In this document: in pieces, positions 63,347 through 64,000 of the stretch | Numbering within the stretch: position 1 is the first letter of the stretch | Layout of the letters: each line of letters starts with the position of its first letter | Origin: an uncultured Planctomycetaceae bacterium | GTDB lineage: Bacteria; Planctomycetota; Planctomycetia; Planctomycetales; Planctomycetaceae | Length of the DNA stretch: 64,000 nt | Direction of reading: 5' to 3' | NCBI GenBank assembly: GCA_963815195.1 | Contig: CAWFGE010000008.1 | Span: 96,001 to 160,000, forward strand | The notes under the pieces: model-generated | What the model was told of the DNA's origin: nothing | Seen by the model: only the letters and a program-made list of their open reading frames with translations | Databases searched by the model: none | Translations under genes and position numbers: made by a program

Positions 63347-64000
63347 CTAGTTACTGAAGCCGTGGTCGCCTTCGACGTAGTAGCAGTCGGTCGAACGCAG
63401 GACTTCCACGCCGCCGGCGCGCTTCAGGCGGCTGCGGTACAGCGGCCAGACCGTGCTGCGGTGATAGAAGTCGGGCCGGCCTTCGATGTCGCCGTAGATA
63501 TAGAAGTCCAAGTCGTTGGGTTCGGTGACTTGCATGCCCGGCAGGATCGGCGGGGCTTGCTCCGGTTCCAAGGGGTGCACCAGTTCCGGGCTGACCAGAA
63601 TGATCAGTTCCGTCTCGTCCTTGGAGATCGTGCGGTTCGCGGTGAGGAAGTTCAAGAACGGAATGTTCCCCACCAAGGGCAGGCGGGCGATGTCGCCGCG
63701 CTGCTGCGACTGGATCAAGCCGGCGATGGCCAGCACCTGGCCTTCCCGCAGATCGACGGTGGTCGCCGCCGTGCGGGTGTCCAGACCGAAGATGCCGTTG
63801 ACCGAGTTGTTGCGGTTGATCGTGCTGAAGGTCGGGGCGACTTGCAGGCGGATGCGGTCCTTGTCGAGCACTGTCGGCGAGAACGAGACCTGCGTGCCGA
63901 AGCCTTTGAAGGTCGTCGTCGCCGCTTGCGCTCCGCCCACGCCGACGACCGTCGGGACCGCGAACTGGCCGCCTGAAAGAAAGTTCGCCGTCCGCCCGCT
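63347..64000 (-). CDS. Secretin (CpaC/RcpA-like), C-terminal part
   Basis: FLSGGQFAVP, T.VDLREGQVLAIAGL, LPLVGNIPFL and ETELIILVSPELV motifs. Confidence 0.88.
   Translation of the reverse strand, partial: SGRTANFLSGGQFAVPTVVGVGGAQAATTTFKGFGTQVSFSPTVLDKDRIRLQVAPTFSTINRNNSVNGIFGLDTRTAATTVDLREGQVLAIAGLIQSQQRGDIARLPLVGNIPFLNFLTANRTISKDETELIILVSPELVHPLEPEQAPPILPGMQVTEPNDLDFYIYGDIEGRPDFYHRSTVWPLYRSRLKRAGGVEVLRSTDCYYVEGDHGFSN

Overview
GC-rich bacterial window, very likely from a Planctomycetota (Planctomycetaceae-like) genome. This is inferred from DUF1552/DUF1592/DUF1559-like genes, an ECF sigma-Ser/Thr kinase pair and an rRNA locus with no adjacent 16S. Housekeeping blocks occupy 1-6.6 kb (nagA end, rlmN, rseP, dxr, rpsN) and 37.7-64 kb (5S, 23S, tRNA-Ala, tRNA-Ile, SNF2 helicase, gltX, hisB, hisC, rsmB, ctpA, tsaD, upp, AOR, secretin). 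They flank a ~30 kb accessory region holding a FecR-DUF1592-DUF1552-FGE cluster, a serine-recombinase element, an IS1380, a mosaic of gene fragments, an ECF43-like sigma/kinase pair and a hexaheme cytochrome locus. The best novel-system candidate is at 15.1-21.6 kb. A transglutaminase-like (SirB1-like) enzyme with four H-x3-CxC-x2-C repeats is followed by two mini-Rhs genes. Each has its own RBS and ATG, only the 46-aa Rhs autoprotease plug, and a different C-terminal cargo (CheD/CNF1-like deamidase or HExxH peptidase), followed by a different partner gene. The second cassette carries a diverged copy of the upstream gene's 3' end, suggesting cassette swapping. A 120-bp MITE sits directly behind a TAA stop codon in two places. 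Several single-base frameshifts suggest sequencing indels. All family calls are by motif recognition only; no searches were run.
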